Positions 10,404-21,269 of a DNA stretch of 64,000 bases are shown one piece after another. A program made the position numbers and the translations under genes. The notes under the pieces were generated by a model, which saw nothing but the letters and a program-made list of their open reading frames with translations, made no database searches and had not been told where the DNA came from. Source of the stretch: an uncultured Nitrospiraceae bacterium (GTDB taxonomy: Bacteria; Nitrospirota; Thermodesulfovibrionia; Thermodesulfovibrionales; Dissulfurispiraceae); the NCBI GenBank assembly GCA_963705105.1, contig CAVPIW010000005.1, forward strand, positions 384,001 to 448,000, read 5' to 3'. Positions within the stretch are counted from its first letter, which is position 1. Every line of letters starts with the position of its first letter.

Positions 10404-11399
10404 ATGCCGGCCAATCTTCCTCCTGAATATCTCGAGGCGGAAAAGCGATACAAGGAGGCCCGTTCGACGGCGGAAAAGGTCGTCGCCCTTGAGGACCTCC
10501 TGTCCAGGCTGCCGAAACACAAGGGTACGGACAAGCTCAGGGCCGATCTCAGGAGCAGGCTGTCGAAGCTCCGCGATGAGGCGCTGAGAAAAAAGAAGTC
10601 GGGAGGAAGGACGGACCTCTACACCGTCGATCGCGAGGGTGCTGCGCAGGTCGTCCTCGTCGGCTTTGCGAATTCGGGCAAGTCATCGCTCCTGAAAAGC
10701 CTCACCAACGCCAATCCCGTTATAGCCGACTATCCCATGTCGACGCTCATGCCCCTGTCCGGCATGATGCCTTTCGAGGACATCCAGTACCAACTCGTTG
10801 ATCTCCCGCCTGTCGGCAACGAGTCAACGGACGGCTGGGTTTCGGGCATCATCCGCAATTCCGACATTCTCCTCCTCGCCATCGACCTGGCCGACGACCC
10901 GGACGTGCAGGCAGAGCTCCTCATGGACCAACTGAAGTCCTGGCGCATATCCCTCCTGAAGGCGGGGTCTTTCATCATGGGACATGATCTGAAGAATCCC
11001 GCATCGCCGAAACGGGTCCTCATAGCGGGAAACAAGGCTGATCATGGGGACGCGGCTGAAGGACTCCGGAGGTTGAAAGATGTGGTGGGGAATGCCTACC
11101 CTGTTATCTCCGTCTCGGCAAAAACCAAGACGGGGCTGGAGGATCTCAAAGTGACGATCTTCGAGGTCTCGAGAATCATACGGGTGTACTCGAAGGAGCC
11201 GGGGAAGGAACCCGACCTCGGGCGTCCCTTCACCTTGCCCGCAGGATCGACCGTTCTCGACCTTGCCGAGCTGATTCACCGGTCATTCGTCCAGACGTTA
11301 CGATATGTCTGCGTCTGGGGATCGACACGCTTTCCCGGACAACGGGTGCAGAGGGACTACATCCTCAAGGACAGGGATATCGTCGAGATCCGTGTATAG
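10404..11399 (+). CDS. DRG/OBG-family GTPase with C-terminal TGS domain
   Basis: PKHKGT, GFANSGKS, NKAD; TGS GSTV.D.A..IH...GQRV. Confidence 0.9.
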   Translation: MPANLPPEYLEAEKRYKEARSTAEKVVALEDLLSRLPKHKGTDKLRADLRSRLSKLRDEALRKKKSGGRTDLYTVDREGAAQVVLVGFANSGKSSLLKSLTNANPVIADYPMSTLMPLSGMMPFEDIQYQLVDLPPVGNESTDGWVSGIIRNSDILLLAIDLADDPDVQAELLMDQLKSWRISLLKAGSFIMGHDLKNPASPKRVLIAGNKADHGDAAEGLRRLKDVVGNAYPVISVSAKTKTGLEDLKVTIFEVSRIIRVYSKEPGKEPDLGRPFTLPAGSTVLDLAELIHRSFVQTLRYVCVWGSTRFPGQRVQRDYILKDRDIVEIRV

Positions 11400-11402
11400 T
11401 CT

Positions 11403-11609
11403 TTAATCGTCGTACCGAAAGTCGCCGTCCACGCCGAGGAATTCGAAATCATCGATATGGACGCGCCTGATCTCCTTGCGGGTGCCGCACTGGTCACAGG
11501 TGACATAATACAACACTGATTCCGGATCGGACAAATCCCTGACGACGTGATCTCCGATCGGCTCACGCTCGATGAGCTCATAGCAGTTGTCGCATTCCAG
11601 GTACATCAT
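11403..11609 (-). CDS. Small putative zinc-ribbon protein
   Basis: 68 aa with CDNC and CDQC; purine-rich SD upstream. Confidence 0.6.
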   Translation of the reverse strand: MMYLECDNCYELIEREPIGDHVVRDLSDPESVLYYVTCDQCGTRKEIRRVHIDDFEFLGVDGDFRYDD

Positions 11610-11783
11610 GGCTGCCCCCTTTTCATCAGGATTGCTCGTATGACAGGGAATAAAGCAACGGCCATGCCTGGATACGAACATTGATACATAAGCCTTTTAA
11701 TCCGGCCGTTCAGAGTGTATGCTTAAAAAGTGTGCACCCCCTGCCTAATAAATGAGCAGATATTCCCCCCTCTTCGCGCGTAT

Positions 11784-11994
11784 AAACCTTATTGCCGGAA
11801 AGCCCCCTGGAAAGGCGGGGCGAAGATGCCGAAAAGCCTTGGTGCTGCGAAACCGTTGCCTTCCCATGAGGATCATTTCAAGCCCCCGATTGATTAGACG
11901 GAGAGTGGTATCCCGTTATCCAATTTCAAATGATCATTCTCGCTATCAGCAAGGCTTTGAGGCACTTTGTCCCGCCTTTCAACGCAACTCCAAA
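11784..11994 (+). repeat. Palindromic element family B, copy 1
   Basis: GGAAAGGCGGGGCGAAGATGCCGAAAAGCCTTGGTGCTGCGAAACC...CGCTATCAGCAAGGCTTTGAGGCACTTTGTCCCGCCTTT; near-identical arms at 55950-56125. Confidence 0.9.
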
Positions 11995-12098
11995 GTGAGG
12001 CTATTTTGGACAGCAGCGAAATCGTGTATACTAAAAATACAGGGAGAAAACGGAGACACATGGACCCCTGAGAGAGCAAAACAAGAGGAGGATCGGAT

Positions 12099-12320
12099 AT
12101 GGTTGACGAGGTGAAGAGGATACTGGGACTCATTCGTCCGCAGCTCCAGGCGGACAGGGGTGATGTTGAGCTGATCGAGGTGACCGATGACGGCGTCGTC
12201 AAGGTAAAACTCCTCGGGGCCTGCGGACACTGCCCCATGTCCACGATGACCCTGAAGAACGGGATAGAGAGGATCCTGAAGCAGAATGTGCCGGGCGTAA
12301 AGGAAGTCGTCTCAGTGTAG
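12099..12320 (+). CDS. NifU-family (Nfu C-terminal domain) Fe-S carrier
   Basis: IRPQLQADRGDVEL...GACGHCPMS; GGAGGA SD. Confidence 0.92.
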   Translation: MVDEVKRILGLIRPQLQADRGDVELIEVTDDGVVKVKLLGACGHCPMSTMTLKNGIERILKQNVPGVKEVVSV

Positions 12321-12351
12321 AGACATCCTGCAATGACAAGGGAGGTTTCCC

Positions 12352-12549
12352 GTGATCAGTGTGAAGACCTTTGGAACGGAGATACGGCCCCTCAAGACGA
12401 TGCGTGAGCTCTCCGGTCTCGACGAGGCGGTCAACGCCTTTATCGCTGAAAGCAATGTAAAAAGGGTCATTTCGGTCTCGGACACGTCAACGACCGACGA
12501 CAAGGGAGAGACGATCGGGCTCATCCGGGTGATCTGTTACGAGACGTAA
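12352..12549 (+). CDS. Small hypothetical protein
   Basis: GTG start with GGAGG SD; 65 aa in host codon style. Confidence 0.7.
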   Translation: MISVKTFGTEIRPLKTMRELSGLDEAVNAFIAESNVKRVISVSDTSTTDDKGETIGLIRVICYET

Positions 12550-12643
12550 TCCGGTCGCCTGTCGTCCGCGCACCTTGAACAACAGGGGGTCAGGGCTGTA
12601 TTGCTCCGGCAATGCAGTTTTAAACGTCTTGTACACCTTTCAG

Positions 12644-12850
12644 CTGCATGAAAAGGCGGGGCGAAGCGCCTCAAAGCCTTGCTGAAGGCGACGATGATCA
12701 TTGTTAGCTTTGCCTTTCAGGATTCAATTCGTCGTGTCATCGACCATTGGCTTAAACCGTTGTCTTCTGTGACGGTTTAGGTGTCGCCGCAGCAAGGTTT
12801 TCGGCGCATACACCCCGCCTTTCCGGATGTCCAATTACAATAATAAAAGG
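12644..12850 (-). repeat. Palindromic element family A, copy 2 (inverted)
   Basis: Reverse complement of the arms at 10138-10347. Confidence 0.9.
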
Positions 12851-12874
12851 CACATTCTGAACGCGAGGCATGAC

Positions 12875-13291
12875 ATGATTTTCATGAAAGACTACTCTGA
12901 AGTGCTTCATGGACTGGGGCGCTCGTACTGCGTGGAGATCCGGTTCATCTCGGGCCTCTGGTCATGGATGGGCAGGCAGGGCATCAGCGGGACCGAACCG
13001 GTCTACCCGATGAAACTCGCTGCCGGAGAGGGAGGCGGCGTGACGATGCAGGTCCAGTCGGAAATCGATGAATCCGGCCTGGACGATCTGATCAATGCCC
13101 TCGGCGTCCGGTGGTCGCTGAAGGAAAACCTGTCCGACCTCTCCAAGAGACTGAACAGCGTCAAGAAACGCATCGCCTTCATCTTCCTGAAAACTTATGC
13201 CCGCAATGTGCCGGATGTAAGCGGCGACGAATGGGAAGAAGACACCTGGGCCGTCGGAGAAATGGAGAGGCTCGGACTGTTCAGGGAGTAG
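12875..13291 (+). CDS. Hypothetical protein
   Basis: ATG at 12875 after GAGG; host-like codon usage; no recognised motif. Confidence 0.6.
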   Translation: MIFMKDYSEVLHGLGRSYCVEIRFISGLWSWMGRQGISGTEPVYPMKLAAGEGGGVTMQVQSEIDESGLDDLINALGVRWSLKENLSDLSKRLNSVKKRIAFIFLKTYARNVPDVSGDEWEEDTWAVGEMERLGLFRE

Positions 13292-13295
13292 GCAG

Positions 13296-14345
13296 CTATA
13301 CACCGAGAAAGATCGCCGCGGCGTAAATGATGTAGAACACCCCTCCGAACAGGACGGCGAAGGGAGAAACCCTGTTCGCGACAAACAGGTTCAGCACGAC
13401 GATGGCTGCGGACAGGAGAGAAAGAATGGCCGACAGCAGGGCGATGCGCGACATCTCCCAGTCCGTGAACAAGAGGCCGACAGCCACAGGAAAGGTCGAC
13501 TGAAACACCATTGCGCCGGTTATGTTCCCCATGGCGAGGGTATCCCTCCCTTTCAGTGTCCACGTCACGCTGTTGAACTTTTCCGGCAACTCCGTCGCCA
13601 CCGGCGCGACGAGCAGGGCGAAGAGCATGGGATTCATACCCCACGCTGCCGAAAGGTGCGCGAGACTCCCGACGAATGTGTGGGCGCCTCCGATCATGAG
13701 CGCCAGGGCTGAGAGAACCTGCACGACAATGAGCGCCAGAGACGCCTCTCCTCCTCCCTGCATAAGGCGCGGGGCGCCTGACGGGCCTTTCAATAAGCCC
13801 GAGGCGGCGAACCAAATGCGCCTGAAATAGAGTTCCTCCGTGTGCAGTATGTCTGCGCTCTCACCCCTGAAAGTCATGAAGGCATAGACGATATACCCGA
13901 CGAAAAGACCGCCGGCTATGAATATATTCATCCCCTTGACGATGAGGGGCAGGAAGATCGCGACGCTGTAAAGGAGGAGGAAGAAGAGGAGGTCCCTCTT
14001 CATGGAATGAACTTCGATGCGGAGTTCGAATTTCCGCTTCTTCCTCAGAAATGTCGCAACGACGGAGATGCCGACGAGGAAGAACGCGAGGGTCGAAAGC
14101 ATGAACGGCGCCCCGAGAATGGCCCCCACGCCGATCTCCTTCGCCGCGTCGCCGCCGTGCATGAGAATCGCCACAAAGGGCAGGATCGTTTCGGGCAGCG
14201 CCGTCCCGACGGCGGCAAGAATGCTGCCCACGACGGCCTGAGAAAGAGAGAGCTTTCTGCCGAGCAGTTCGACGCCGTTGGTGAAGATTTCGGCGCTGAG
14301 CAGGATGAGGAAGAGGCTGATGATGAGAAACAGGACGTCCGTCAT
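13296..14345 (-). CDS. Sodium:calcium antiporter family (CaCA) protein
   Basis: Alpha repeats GTALPE and ATELPE; GNITGA. Confidence 0.9.
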   Translation of the reverse strand: MTDVLFLIISLFLILLSAEIFTNGVELLGRKLSLSQAVVGSILAAVGTALPETILPFVAILMHGGDAAKEIGVGAILGAPFMLSTLAFFLVGISVVATFLRKKRKFELRIEVHSMKRDLLFFLLLYSVAIFLPLIVKGMNIFIAGGLFVGYIVYAFMTFRGESADILHTEELYFRRIWFAASGLLKGPSGAPRLMQGGGEASLALIVVQVLSALALMIGGAHTFVGSLAHLSAAWGMNPMLFALLVAPVATELPEKFNSVTWTLKGRDTLAMGNITGAMVFQSTFPVAVGLLFTDWEMSRIALLSAILSLLSAAIVVLNLFVANRVSPFAVLFGGVFYIIYAAAIFLGV

Positions 14346-14348
14346 GAC

Positions 14349-15239
14349 TCAGCGAACGATGACGACCGGGCAGGGAGATGACTTCAGGACGGCCTCGGAA
14401 ACGCTCCCGAGCAGAATGCCTCCTATATACGAGAGTCCCCGCGCTCCCATGACGATCAGGTCGGCATCCCTTTCCCCGCAAAGCTCACCGATCACCTTAT
14501 GGGCGACACCCGACCTGACGATGCCCTCGGCAAAGGGGCATCCCTTCAGGAGATCCGCCACCTGCCCTTCCGCTTCCCGGACCAGATCCTTTCCGTAATG
14601 CGTCCTGCGGTCATCGCCGGCGTCCTTCCAGCCCCTGAGGCTGCTTTCGATCTCCCGTGTCCCGACGACGTGCAGGACTGTCAGTTCCCGGGGAGCTGCA
14701 GGGTCGGCATTCTCATCACATCGGATGAGCGACTTGGCGAACTCCAACGCCCTCAGGGCATTTTCCGAGAAGTCGATTGCGCAGATGACCCTCCGGGGAC
14801 TGACCTCCCCCACACGGGCGGATTCGGCTTTTTCACCGCGAACGACGAACAGAGGGACGGTCAGGCTTTTTATGAGACGCTCCGAGCTGCTCGGCCTCAC
14901 CATGTGAGACCTGAATCCGGTGACGAGGATGTCGCTCCCCAGATCCCTGACAGCCGTCGTGAACGATTCGGTGAGATGCCCCACTGCTATGGTGTGACCT
15001 GACGGGACCCCATGCCTGCCGATCATCTCGGACAAACCGGCCAGCTCCGCCTCGTCCCTTTCCTTCTCCTGCTGGATATAGGGGATGACGTAAGCCGGCG
15101 GAGTCGCCGAATACTCGATCACGTGGAGCAGGTGGATGCTCGCCGGCGTGAAATGCCGGGCAAGCCAGACCGAGTACGCGAGAATTTTTTCCGTATCGCC
15201 GCCGAGATCTACGGCTGCAAGGATTTTCTTGATTTCCAC
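14349..15239 (-). CDS. Tandem-domain universal stress protein
   Basis: KKILAAVD; DLIVMGARG...LLGSVS...PCPVVIV. Confidence 0.92.
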   Translation of the reverse strand: MEIKKILAAVDLGGDTEKILAYSVWLARHFTPASIHLLHVIEYSATPPAYVIPYIQQEKERDEAELAGLSEMIGRHGVPSGHTIAVGHLTESFTTAVRDLGSDILVTGFRSHMVRPSSSERLIKSLTVPLFVVRGEKAESARVGEVSPRRVICAIDFSENALRALEFAKSLIRCDENADPAAPRELTVLHVVGTREIESSLRGWKDAGDDRRTHYGKDLVREAEGQVADLLKGCPFAEGIVRSGVAHKVIGELCGERDADLIVMGARGLSYIGGILLGSVSEAVLKSSPCPVVIVR

Positions 15240-15263
15240 GATGCTATTCCGGCGCCTGCCGCG

Positions 15264-15569
15264 TCATTTGTTCAGGCTGACGCCCAGTCTCCTTTCCACG
15301 GAGAGCACTTTCTCCTCGATCCTGTTCTTCCTGCCCTTCCGGTCGTCGATCGTCACGGAGATGAGAACTCGCTCCTCCGTCTTCATGATCTCGTCATGAC
15401 AACTCCTGATGAGCTCCATGATCTCGTCCCAATCCCCCTCGACGACGGTCCCCATAGGATTGACCTTGTAAGGCATTCCGCTCCTTGCGACCATGTCGAG
15501 CACCGCGGCGACCTTGTCCCCCAGGCTGCTGCCGGAGCCGATGGGAACGATGCTGAACTGAGCGAGCAT
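15264..15569 (-). CDS. MTH1187/YkoF family thiamine-binding protein
   Basis: FSIVPIG, PMGTVVEG, IDDR; GAGGAG SD. Confidence 0.9.
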   Translation of the reverse strand: MLAQFSIVPIGSGSSLGDKVAAVLDMVARSGMPYKVNPMGTVVEGDWDEIMELIRSCHDEIMKTEERVLISVTIDDRKGRKNRIEEKVLSVERRLGVSLNK

Positions 15570-15671
15570 ACAGTCCTCCTCACCCCTCGTCACTGCAAGA
15601 AAATTGGTCATTAAGTCATTGAGTCAAAAAGACGATATCTGTCTTCCCGGCGAGGCGGCATACAAAAACCG

Positions 15672-15701
15672 AAAAAAAGAGGTGGCCGCTTTAGCCACCT
15701 C
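15672..15701 (-). terminator. Intrinsic terminator of the HU gene
   Basis: Minus strand GAGGTGGC-loop-GCCACCTC followed by T7. Confidence 0.85.
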
Positions 15702-15728
15702 ATAGCAGGAATTAAATAAATAAATGCT

Positions 15729-16001
15729 CTATTTTACCGCATCCTTCAACGTTTTGCCTGCCGTGAACTTCGGGACCTTCGTCGCAGGAATCTTGATCTC
15801 GTCCCCCGTTCTCGGATTGCGTCCCTTTCTCGCCTTTCTTTTGGTCACCGCGAAGGTGCCAAAGCCGACGAGCGTCACTTTTTGCCCTTTCTTCAGCGAA
15901 AACTTGACCGCGTCGATTGTTGCATCGAGGGCCTTGCCGGCATCCGCCTTCGTGAACCCCGTCATTGATGCAATTTTATCAATGAGCTCTGCCTTTGTCA
16001 T
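15729..16001 (-). CDS. hup: HU family DNA-binding protein
   Basis: MTKAELI...GFGTF...GRNPRTG...PKFTAGK; 90 aa. Confidence 0.97.
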   Translation of the reverse strand: MTKAELIDKIASMTGFTKADAGKALDATIDAVKFSLKKGQKVTLVGFGTFAVTKRKARKGRNPRTGDEIKIPATKVPKFTAGKTLKDAVK

Positions 16002-16141
16002 CGATTCTTCCCCCCTTTCTCCTCGTAAATTATTAATTACCAACGGTTTGACTATAACAATACCAAGAAGAATGCCGTTTGTCAAGAAAAAAATGACGGG
16101 TTTACCCCGTAAATCCCCGCTCCTGCACGGAGTCGGGAAGG

Positions 16142-18253
16142 TCACCTGTTCACGGAGAGGACGCCGTCGAGCTGGGAGATCTTGTTGACGATGGTGTTGA
16201 GCTGCTGCCTGCTCCTTATCTCGAGGATAAGCTCCATCAGAGACCGTTTGTCATGGGTCGGGCTGACCTTGAGTGAAGATATATTAACGTTCACAGCCGA
16301 GATGAGGGCGCTCATGTTCGCAAGCATGCCGGGCCTGTCCACACACTCGACGAAGAGCTTCGCCGATGTGGTGATATCCTCCTGCTGACTCCATTCGACG
16401 CCGATCAGCCTCTCCGTGTCGACGGCCGTCCTTTCGAGATTGGAACACTCGGTCCGATGGATCGTCACCCCCTTGCCCTTGGTGATAAAGCCTACGATCT
16501 TGTCACCCGGCACGGGATAACAGCAACGCCCCACGTGATAGAGCACATTGTCGATGCCCTTGATGCTGATGACGCTCTTCCCCTCCCGGGGCGGCTTGAC
16601 GACCTTGGTGATCAGCGTTTCTTCGTGCTTTTCGTCGGTGAGCCTGTTGACGAGCTGGTGGACCGAGAGCTTGCCGTACCCGATGGCAAGCAGCACATCT
16701 TCGACGTTCTGGTAACTGAGGGCCTTCAGGATCTCCTGCATCTTTTCCGTCTTCAGGACCGCCATCGTCATCCCGTTGCGCCGCAACTCCTCCTCGATCA
16801 GCTTCGTTCCGAGCTCGACGCCCTGGTTCCGCTCTTCGACCCTGATCCATTGTTTGATCCTGCTCCTCGCCCTCGGCGTGACGACGAATTTGAGCCAGTC
16901 CTTGCTCGGGCTATGGGAGGGGGCGGTGATGATCTCGACGGCGTCACCGCTGACAAGCTTATACCTGAGAGGGACGATCCTGCCGCTGATCTTCGCGCCG
17001 ACGCAGCGGTGACCGACTTCGGAGTGGATGCTGTAGGCGAAATCGACAGGCGTGGACCCGACGGGGAGCTCCTTGATGTCTCCCTTCGGCGTGAAGACAT
17101 ACACCGTCTCGGGCACGATGTCACCCTTGACGGCCTCAAGAAACTCCTTGGCGTCTGAGACATCCTTGACCAGCTCCCTGAGCCAGGCGATGTAGCGGGC
17201 GTTCTTTTTGTCGATGCCGTCCCTTTCCTTGTAACGCCAATGAGCGGCGATGCCCTCCTCGGCGATCTCGTTCATGTCGCCCGTCCTGATCTGAAACTCG
17301 ATACGGTCCCCTCCCGGGCCGACGACGGTCGTATGGAGGGACTGATAGAGGTTGGACTTGGGCAGGCTGATGAAGTCCTTGAAACGGCCGGGCACGAGAG
17401 GCCACAGGGAATGTATGACACCGAGTATGTCATAACAGTGGGTGACGGTATCCGTTATGACCCTGATGCCGAACACGTCGTGGACCTGCTCGAAGGGGAT
17501 CTTCTGTGTCACCATCTTCTGGTAGATGCCGTAGTAGTGTTTCACCCTGCTCTTTATCTTGGCGATGACACCCACCTCCTGGAGTCTCTCCGAGATGAGG
17601 TGGACGACTTCGTCGATGTATTGCTTCTGCTCCTCCTTCCGCTTCGCCACCTTTGATTCGAGGTCGTGGTAGAGATCGGGCATGATGTGCTGAAAGCAGA
17701 GATCCTCGAATTCCGTCCTGAGCCATCCGATACCGAGCCTGTTCGCCAGGGGGGCGAATATCTCGAGTGTCTCCGTCGCGATCCTCCTCCGTTTGTCTTC
17801 GGGAAGGAACTCAAGGGTCTTCATATTGTGAAGGCGGTCGGCAAACTTGATGAGAATGACCCTGACGTCCTTTGACATGGCGAGGAGCATCTTGCGGAAA
17901 TTTTCTGCCTGTGCGTCCTCCTTGGTCTGGAATTCGACCTTGCTCAATTTCGTGACGGCGTCGACGAGGAAGGCGATCTCGTTGCCGAACATGTCCCTGA
18001 TATCATCTGTGGACATGCCCGTGTCTTCGACCGTATCGTGGAGCAGGCCCGACGCGATCGTGGCCGTGTCGAGCTTCATATCTGCAAGGATATCAGCCAC
18101 TGCCAGAGGATGACGGATGTACGGCGATCCCTCGACCCTCTTCTGGGCGCAGTGGGCCTCCCTGGAGAAAATATACGCCTTTTTCAGGAGCTCGACATTG
18201 GCCTTGGGATTGTAAGACACGACCTTTCTGATGAGTGATTCCACGTCCGGCAT
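16142..18253 (-). CDS. rel: Bifunctional (p)ppGpp synthetase/hydrolase
   Basis: HDTVED hydrolase, YQSLHTT, EFQIRT, AAHWRYK, TGS, CCYP zinc finger and ACT domain. Confidence 0.97.
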   Translation of the reverse strand: MPDVESLIRKVVSYNPKANVELLKKAYIFSREAHCAQKRVEGSPYIRHPLAVADILADMKLDTATIASGLLHDTVEDTGMSTDDIRDMFGNEIAFLVDAVTKLSKVEFQTKEDAQAENFRKMLLAMSKDVRVILIKFADRLHNMKTLEFLPEDKRRRIATETLEIFAPLANRLGIGWLRTEFEDLCFQHIMPDLYHDLESKVAKRKEEQKQYIDEVVHLISERLQEVGVIAKIKSRVKHYYGIYQKMVTQKIPFEQVHDVFGIRVITDTVTHCYDILGVIHSLWPLVPGRFKDFISLPKSNLYQSLHTTVVGPGGDRIEFQIRTGDMNEIAEEGIAAHWRYKERDGIDKKNARYIAWLRELVKDVSDAKEFLEAVKGDIVPETVYVFTPKGDIKELPVGSTPVDFAYSIHSEVGHRCVGAKISGRIVPLRYKLVSGDAVEIITAPSHSPSKDWLKFVVTPRARSRIKQWIRVEERNQGVELGTKLIEEELRRNGMTMAVLKTEKMQEILKALSYQNVEDVLLAIGYGKLSVHQLVNRLTDEKHEETLITKVVKPPREGKSVISIKGIDNVLYHVGRCCYPVPGDKIVGFITKGKGVTIHRTECSNLERTAVDTERLIGVEWSQQEDITTSAKLFVECVDRPGMLANMSALISAVNVNISSLKVSPTHDKRSLMELILEIRSRQQLNTIVNKISQLDGVLSVNR

Positions 18254-18333
18254 TCTTCATTATACCTTTTTTAAAATGTGGTAAGATAGAGTGACTTATA
18301 TCGTTTATCACCGGCGGGAGAGGACGGAAAGAC

Positions 18334-19593
18334 ATGGAAAAACTGATCATACAGGGCCGAAGGCCCCTGAAAGGGACGGTCGAGATCAGCGGCTCGAAAA
18401 ATGCAGCCCTCCCTATTTTGACGGCCTCCGTCCTCGCCTCGGGGACGAGCACAATCAAGAGGGTCCCGCGCCTGAGGGACGTCCTGACCCTGGGGAAATT
18501 ACTCTCTCACATGGGGACCAGGTTCGAATACGACGGGGCGTCGGCAGTGGTCGACACCTCCGGCATTCAGACCTTCGAGGCCCCCTATGATCTCGTGAAG
18601 ACAATGCGCGCCTCCGTGCTCGTCCTTGGCCCTCTCGTCGCACGGTTCGGCAAAGCCAGGGTCTCTCTTCCGGGCGGATGCGCCATAGGAGCGCGGCCGA
18701 TCAATCTTCACCTTGCAGCATTGCAGAAGATGGGGGTGCGCATATCGCTCGAGGCGGGGTATGTGGTCGCGCGGGCCGCCCGTCTCAGGGGCGCCTCCAT
18801 ATATTTCGATACGTCCACGGTAACGGGCACGGAAAATATCATGATGGCCGCGACGCTTGCCAAAGGCATCACGATCCTCGAGAACGCCGCCCGGGAGCCG
18901 GAGGTCATCGACCTCGCCAACTGCCTGATCTCCATGGGCGCCAAGATCAAGGGGGCCGGTGAAAGCGTTGTTGTCGTTCAGGGTGTCGATGAGCTGAAAC
19001 CGATAGGCAATTACGAGGTCGTTCCGGACAGGATTGAGGCCGGTACCTTCATGTCCATAGCAGGGGCCTGCAGCGGTGATTTGACGCTCAAGGGATGCAG
19101 GCCGGAGCATCTCGACGCAGTCGTCATGAAGCTGAAAGACACGGGGCTCGTCTTTGAGGAGACGCAGGGCGGTCTCAGGGTAAGGGGTCCGCACCGTCCT
19201 GATGCGCAGGACGTCAAGACACTCCCCTATCCCGGTTTTCCGACGGACATGCAGGCCCAGTTCATGGCGCTCATGGCGAGGGCGGAGGGGACGAGCGTCA
19301 TCAAGGAGACGGTCTTCGAGAACAGGTTCATGCATGTGGCCGAGCTGCGGCGGATGGGGGCCGACATTTCCATAGAAGGGGGCGTCGCAACGGTGCGTGG
19401 CGTTGACAGACTGAAGGGTGCGCCGGTGATGGCGACGGACCTCAGGGCTTCAGCCTCGCTCGTGGTCGCAGCGCTCTGCGCGAAGGGAGAAAGCTCAATC
19501 CACCGGATCTACCACCTCGACAGGGGATATGAGAAGATGGACGAGAAACTGCGTCGCCTCGGAGCCGACATCACGCGTGTTCCGGACCGTTAA
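18334..19593 (+). CDS. murA: UDP-N-acetylglucosamine 1-carboxyvinyltransferase
   Basis: [34 protein letters not shown]. Confidence 0.98.
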   Translation: MEKLIIQGRRPLKGTVEISGSKNAALPILTASVLASGTSTIKRVPRLRDVLTLGKLLSHMGTRFEYDGASAVVDTSGIQTFEAPYDLVKTMRASVLVLGPLVARFGKARVSLPGGCAIGARPINLHLAALQKMGVRISLEAGYVVARAARLRGASIYFDTSTVTGTENIMMAATLAKGITILENAAREPEVIDLANCLISMGAKIKGAGESVVVVQGVDELKPIGNYEVVPDRIEAGTFMSIAGACSGDLTLKGCRPEHLDAVVMKLKDTGLVFEETQGGLRVRGPHRPDAQDVKTLPYPGFPTDMQAQFMALMARAEGTSVIKETVFENRFMHVAELRRMGADISIEGGVATVRGVDRLKGAPVMATDLRASASLVVAALCAKGESSIHRIYHLDRGYEKMDEKLRRLGADITRVPDR

Positions 19594-19807
19594 CCGTTTC
19601 CTCCTCCCCGTTCTTCACAAAGAGGTGTCTCAGGCCGCTCCGCAAGGCCCTTTCACTCTTCAGCCATTTTTTCGATCCCGGACCGCACTTCCCGTGCCTC
19701 CACCTGCCCTGGCCGATGTACACACCCTGCCCCCTGTCAACAGGCCGCCCGCAGACGAAACAGAAGGTTTCCTGAAAAAGGGGGATCTGCCGCATCGTTT
19801 CACTCAT
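19571..19807 (-). CDS. Small hypothetical protein, possibly Zn-binding
   Basis: CFVC...HGKC; convergent overlap with murA; start uncertain. Confidence 0.5.
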   Translation of the reverse strand: MSETMRQIPLFQETFCFVCGRPVDRGQGVYIGQGRWRHGKCGPGSKKWLKSERALRSGLRHLFVKNGEEETVNGPEHA

Positions 19808-19859
19808 GGACCTGCACCATTGTACCCCATCCGGAAGTCTTCGCGCCAAGCGACAAGGT

Positions 19860-20170
19860 TTACCAATCGTTGCATATGCCCCCATCGGAAAGGCGGGGTG
19901 AAGACCACCTCAAAAGTCATTAAGTCATTAAGTCATTGAGTCACTAAGTCATTGAACGACAGTCGACAATGGGAACAAAACCACGTACGTCACGACGGGA
20001 AGGCTGATGTGGTGAAAAGCCTTTCCTCTAAGATCCCTTGTGTATCTCCAGACCACCCTTTGCCGTGTCTATTGATGCCGAAAGCCCGTCAGGCAGCAGG
20101 CACTGAACACCTTGAGATGCCTCATCATCGCATTGGAAAGGCTTTGAATCATATCTGCCTTCCCGTCGGC
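19860..20170 (+). repeat. Palindromic element family C, copy 1, with octamer tract
   Basis: CGGGAAGGCTGATGTGGTGAAAAGCCTTTCC...GGAAAGGCTTTGAA.CA.AT.TGCCTTCCCG core shared with about 25074-25241 and 58313-58484. Confidence 0.9.
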
Positions 20171-20187
20171 AGCGACAGTGATACCGA

Positions 20188-20559
20188 CACTGACACGGTC
20201 GCTCACACTATCACTGCCTTGCTGAAGTCTCTGTATCATCCGTTCACTGACACGGTCGCTCACACTATCACTGCCTTGCTGAAGTCTCTGTATCATCCGT
20301 TCACTGACACTGTCACTCACACTGACACTGCCTTGCTGAAGTCTCTGTATCATCCGTTCACTGACACTGTCACTCACACTGACACTGCCTTGCTGAAGTC
20401 TCTGTATCATCCGTTCACTGACACTGTCACTCACACTGACACTGCCTTGCTGAAGTCTCTGTATCATCCGTTCACTGACACTGTCACTCACACTGACACT
20501 ACCTTGCTGAAGTCTCTGTATCATCCGTTCACTGACACTGTCACTCACACTGACACTGC
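20188..20559. repeat. 57-bp tandem repeat, about 6.5 copies
   Basis: Units start at 20188, 20245, 20302, 20359, 20416, 20473 and 20530; no unique spacers. Confidence 0.97.
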
Positions 20560-20612
20560 TTTATGAAGGTTTACTTTTTCCTGGATTGTCATGTATCTTT
20601 AAAATCTGTATC

Positions 20613-21269
20613 ATGATCGACCTGCACACACACAGCATATTCAGCGATGGTGAACTGATTCCCGCCGAGCTCATCCGCAGGGCCTCTGCGATGGGATACC
20701 GGGCCATCGCCATCACGGACCACATGGACCACTCCAACATCGACCTCATCATCCCGAGGATCGTCAAGGCCGTCCGGGCGCTCAGGGATTATGTGCCGAT
20801 CGAGGTCCTTGCCGGCGCCGAACTCACCCATGTGCCTCCCCCGCTCATCGCGGATCTCGTCCGGGAAGCCCGGAAACTGGGCGCCCAAATCGTCGTTATC
20901 CACGGTGAAACGCTCGTGGAACCCGTTATTGAGGGAACGAACAGGGCCGCCCTTGAGTCGGGGGCGGACATCCTCGCCCACCCCGGGCTCATGACGGAGG
21001 ACGAATTTCTCCTTGCCAGGGACAGGGGCATGACACTGGAGATCACCGCCCGCAAAGGTCACAGTCTCTCCAATGGGCATGTGGCGAGGTGGGCGATCCG
21101 GCACGGGGTAAACCTCACGCTGAACTCCGACGCCCACGCTCCTTCGGACCTCATAACAGCCGGCTTCGGCCGGAAAGTGCTCGCCGCCGCGGGAATCGAC
21201 GAGCCGCAGGTGAATCACATTTTTCAACACGCAGAGTCCCTCGTCGAGAGGGCTATCAGGAGGGAATAA
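20613..21269 (+). CDS. PHP-domain (histidinol phosphatase-like) protein
   Basis: DLHTHS..SDG, ITDH, AHPG, SDAH. Confidence 0.9.
   Translation: MIDLHTHSIFSDGELIPAELIRRASAMGYRAIAITDHMDHSNIDLIIPRIVKAVRALRDYVPIEVLAGAELTHVPPPLIADLVREARKLGAQIVVIHGETLVEPVIEGTNRAALESGADILAHPGLMTEDEFLLARDRGMTLEITARKGHSLSNGHVARWAIRHGVNLTLNSDAHAPSDLITAGFGRKVLAAAGIDEPQVNHIFQHAESLVERAIRRE

Noticed and set aside
10141..12244. ORFs 10141-10389, 11752-12114 and 11894-12244
   Set aside because: Translations of repeat elements A and B, not joined in frame to any recognisable gene
20188..20559. CRISPR array
   Set aside because: Units are contiguous and nearly identical with no unique spacers; no cas genes in the window
19952..20566. 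204-aa and antisense 159-aa repeat proteins
   Set aside because: Wholly derived from element C and the 57-bp array; open frames follow from the period being a multiple of 3
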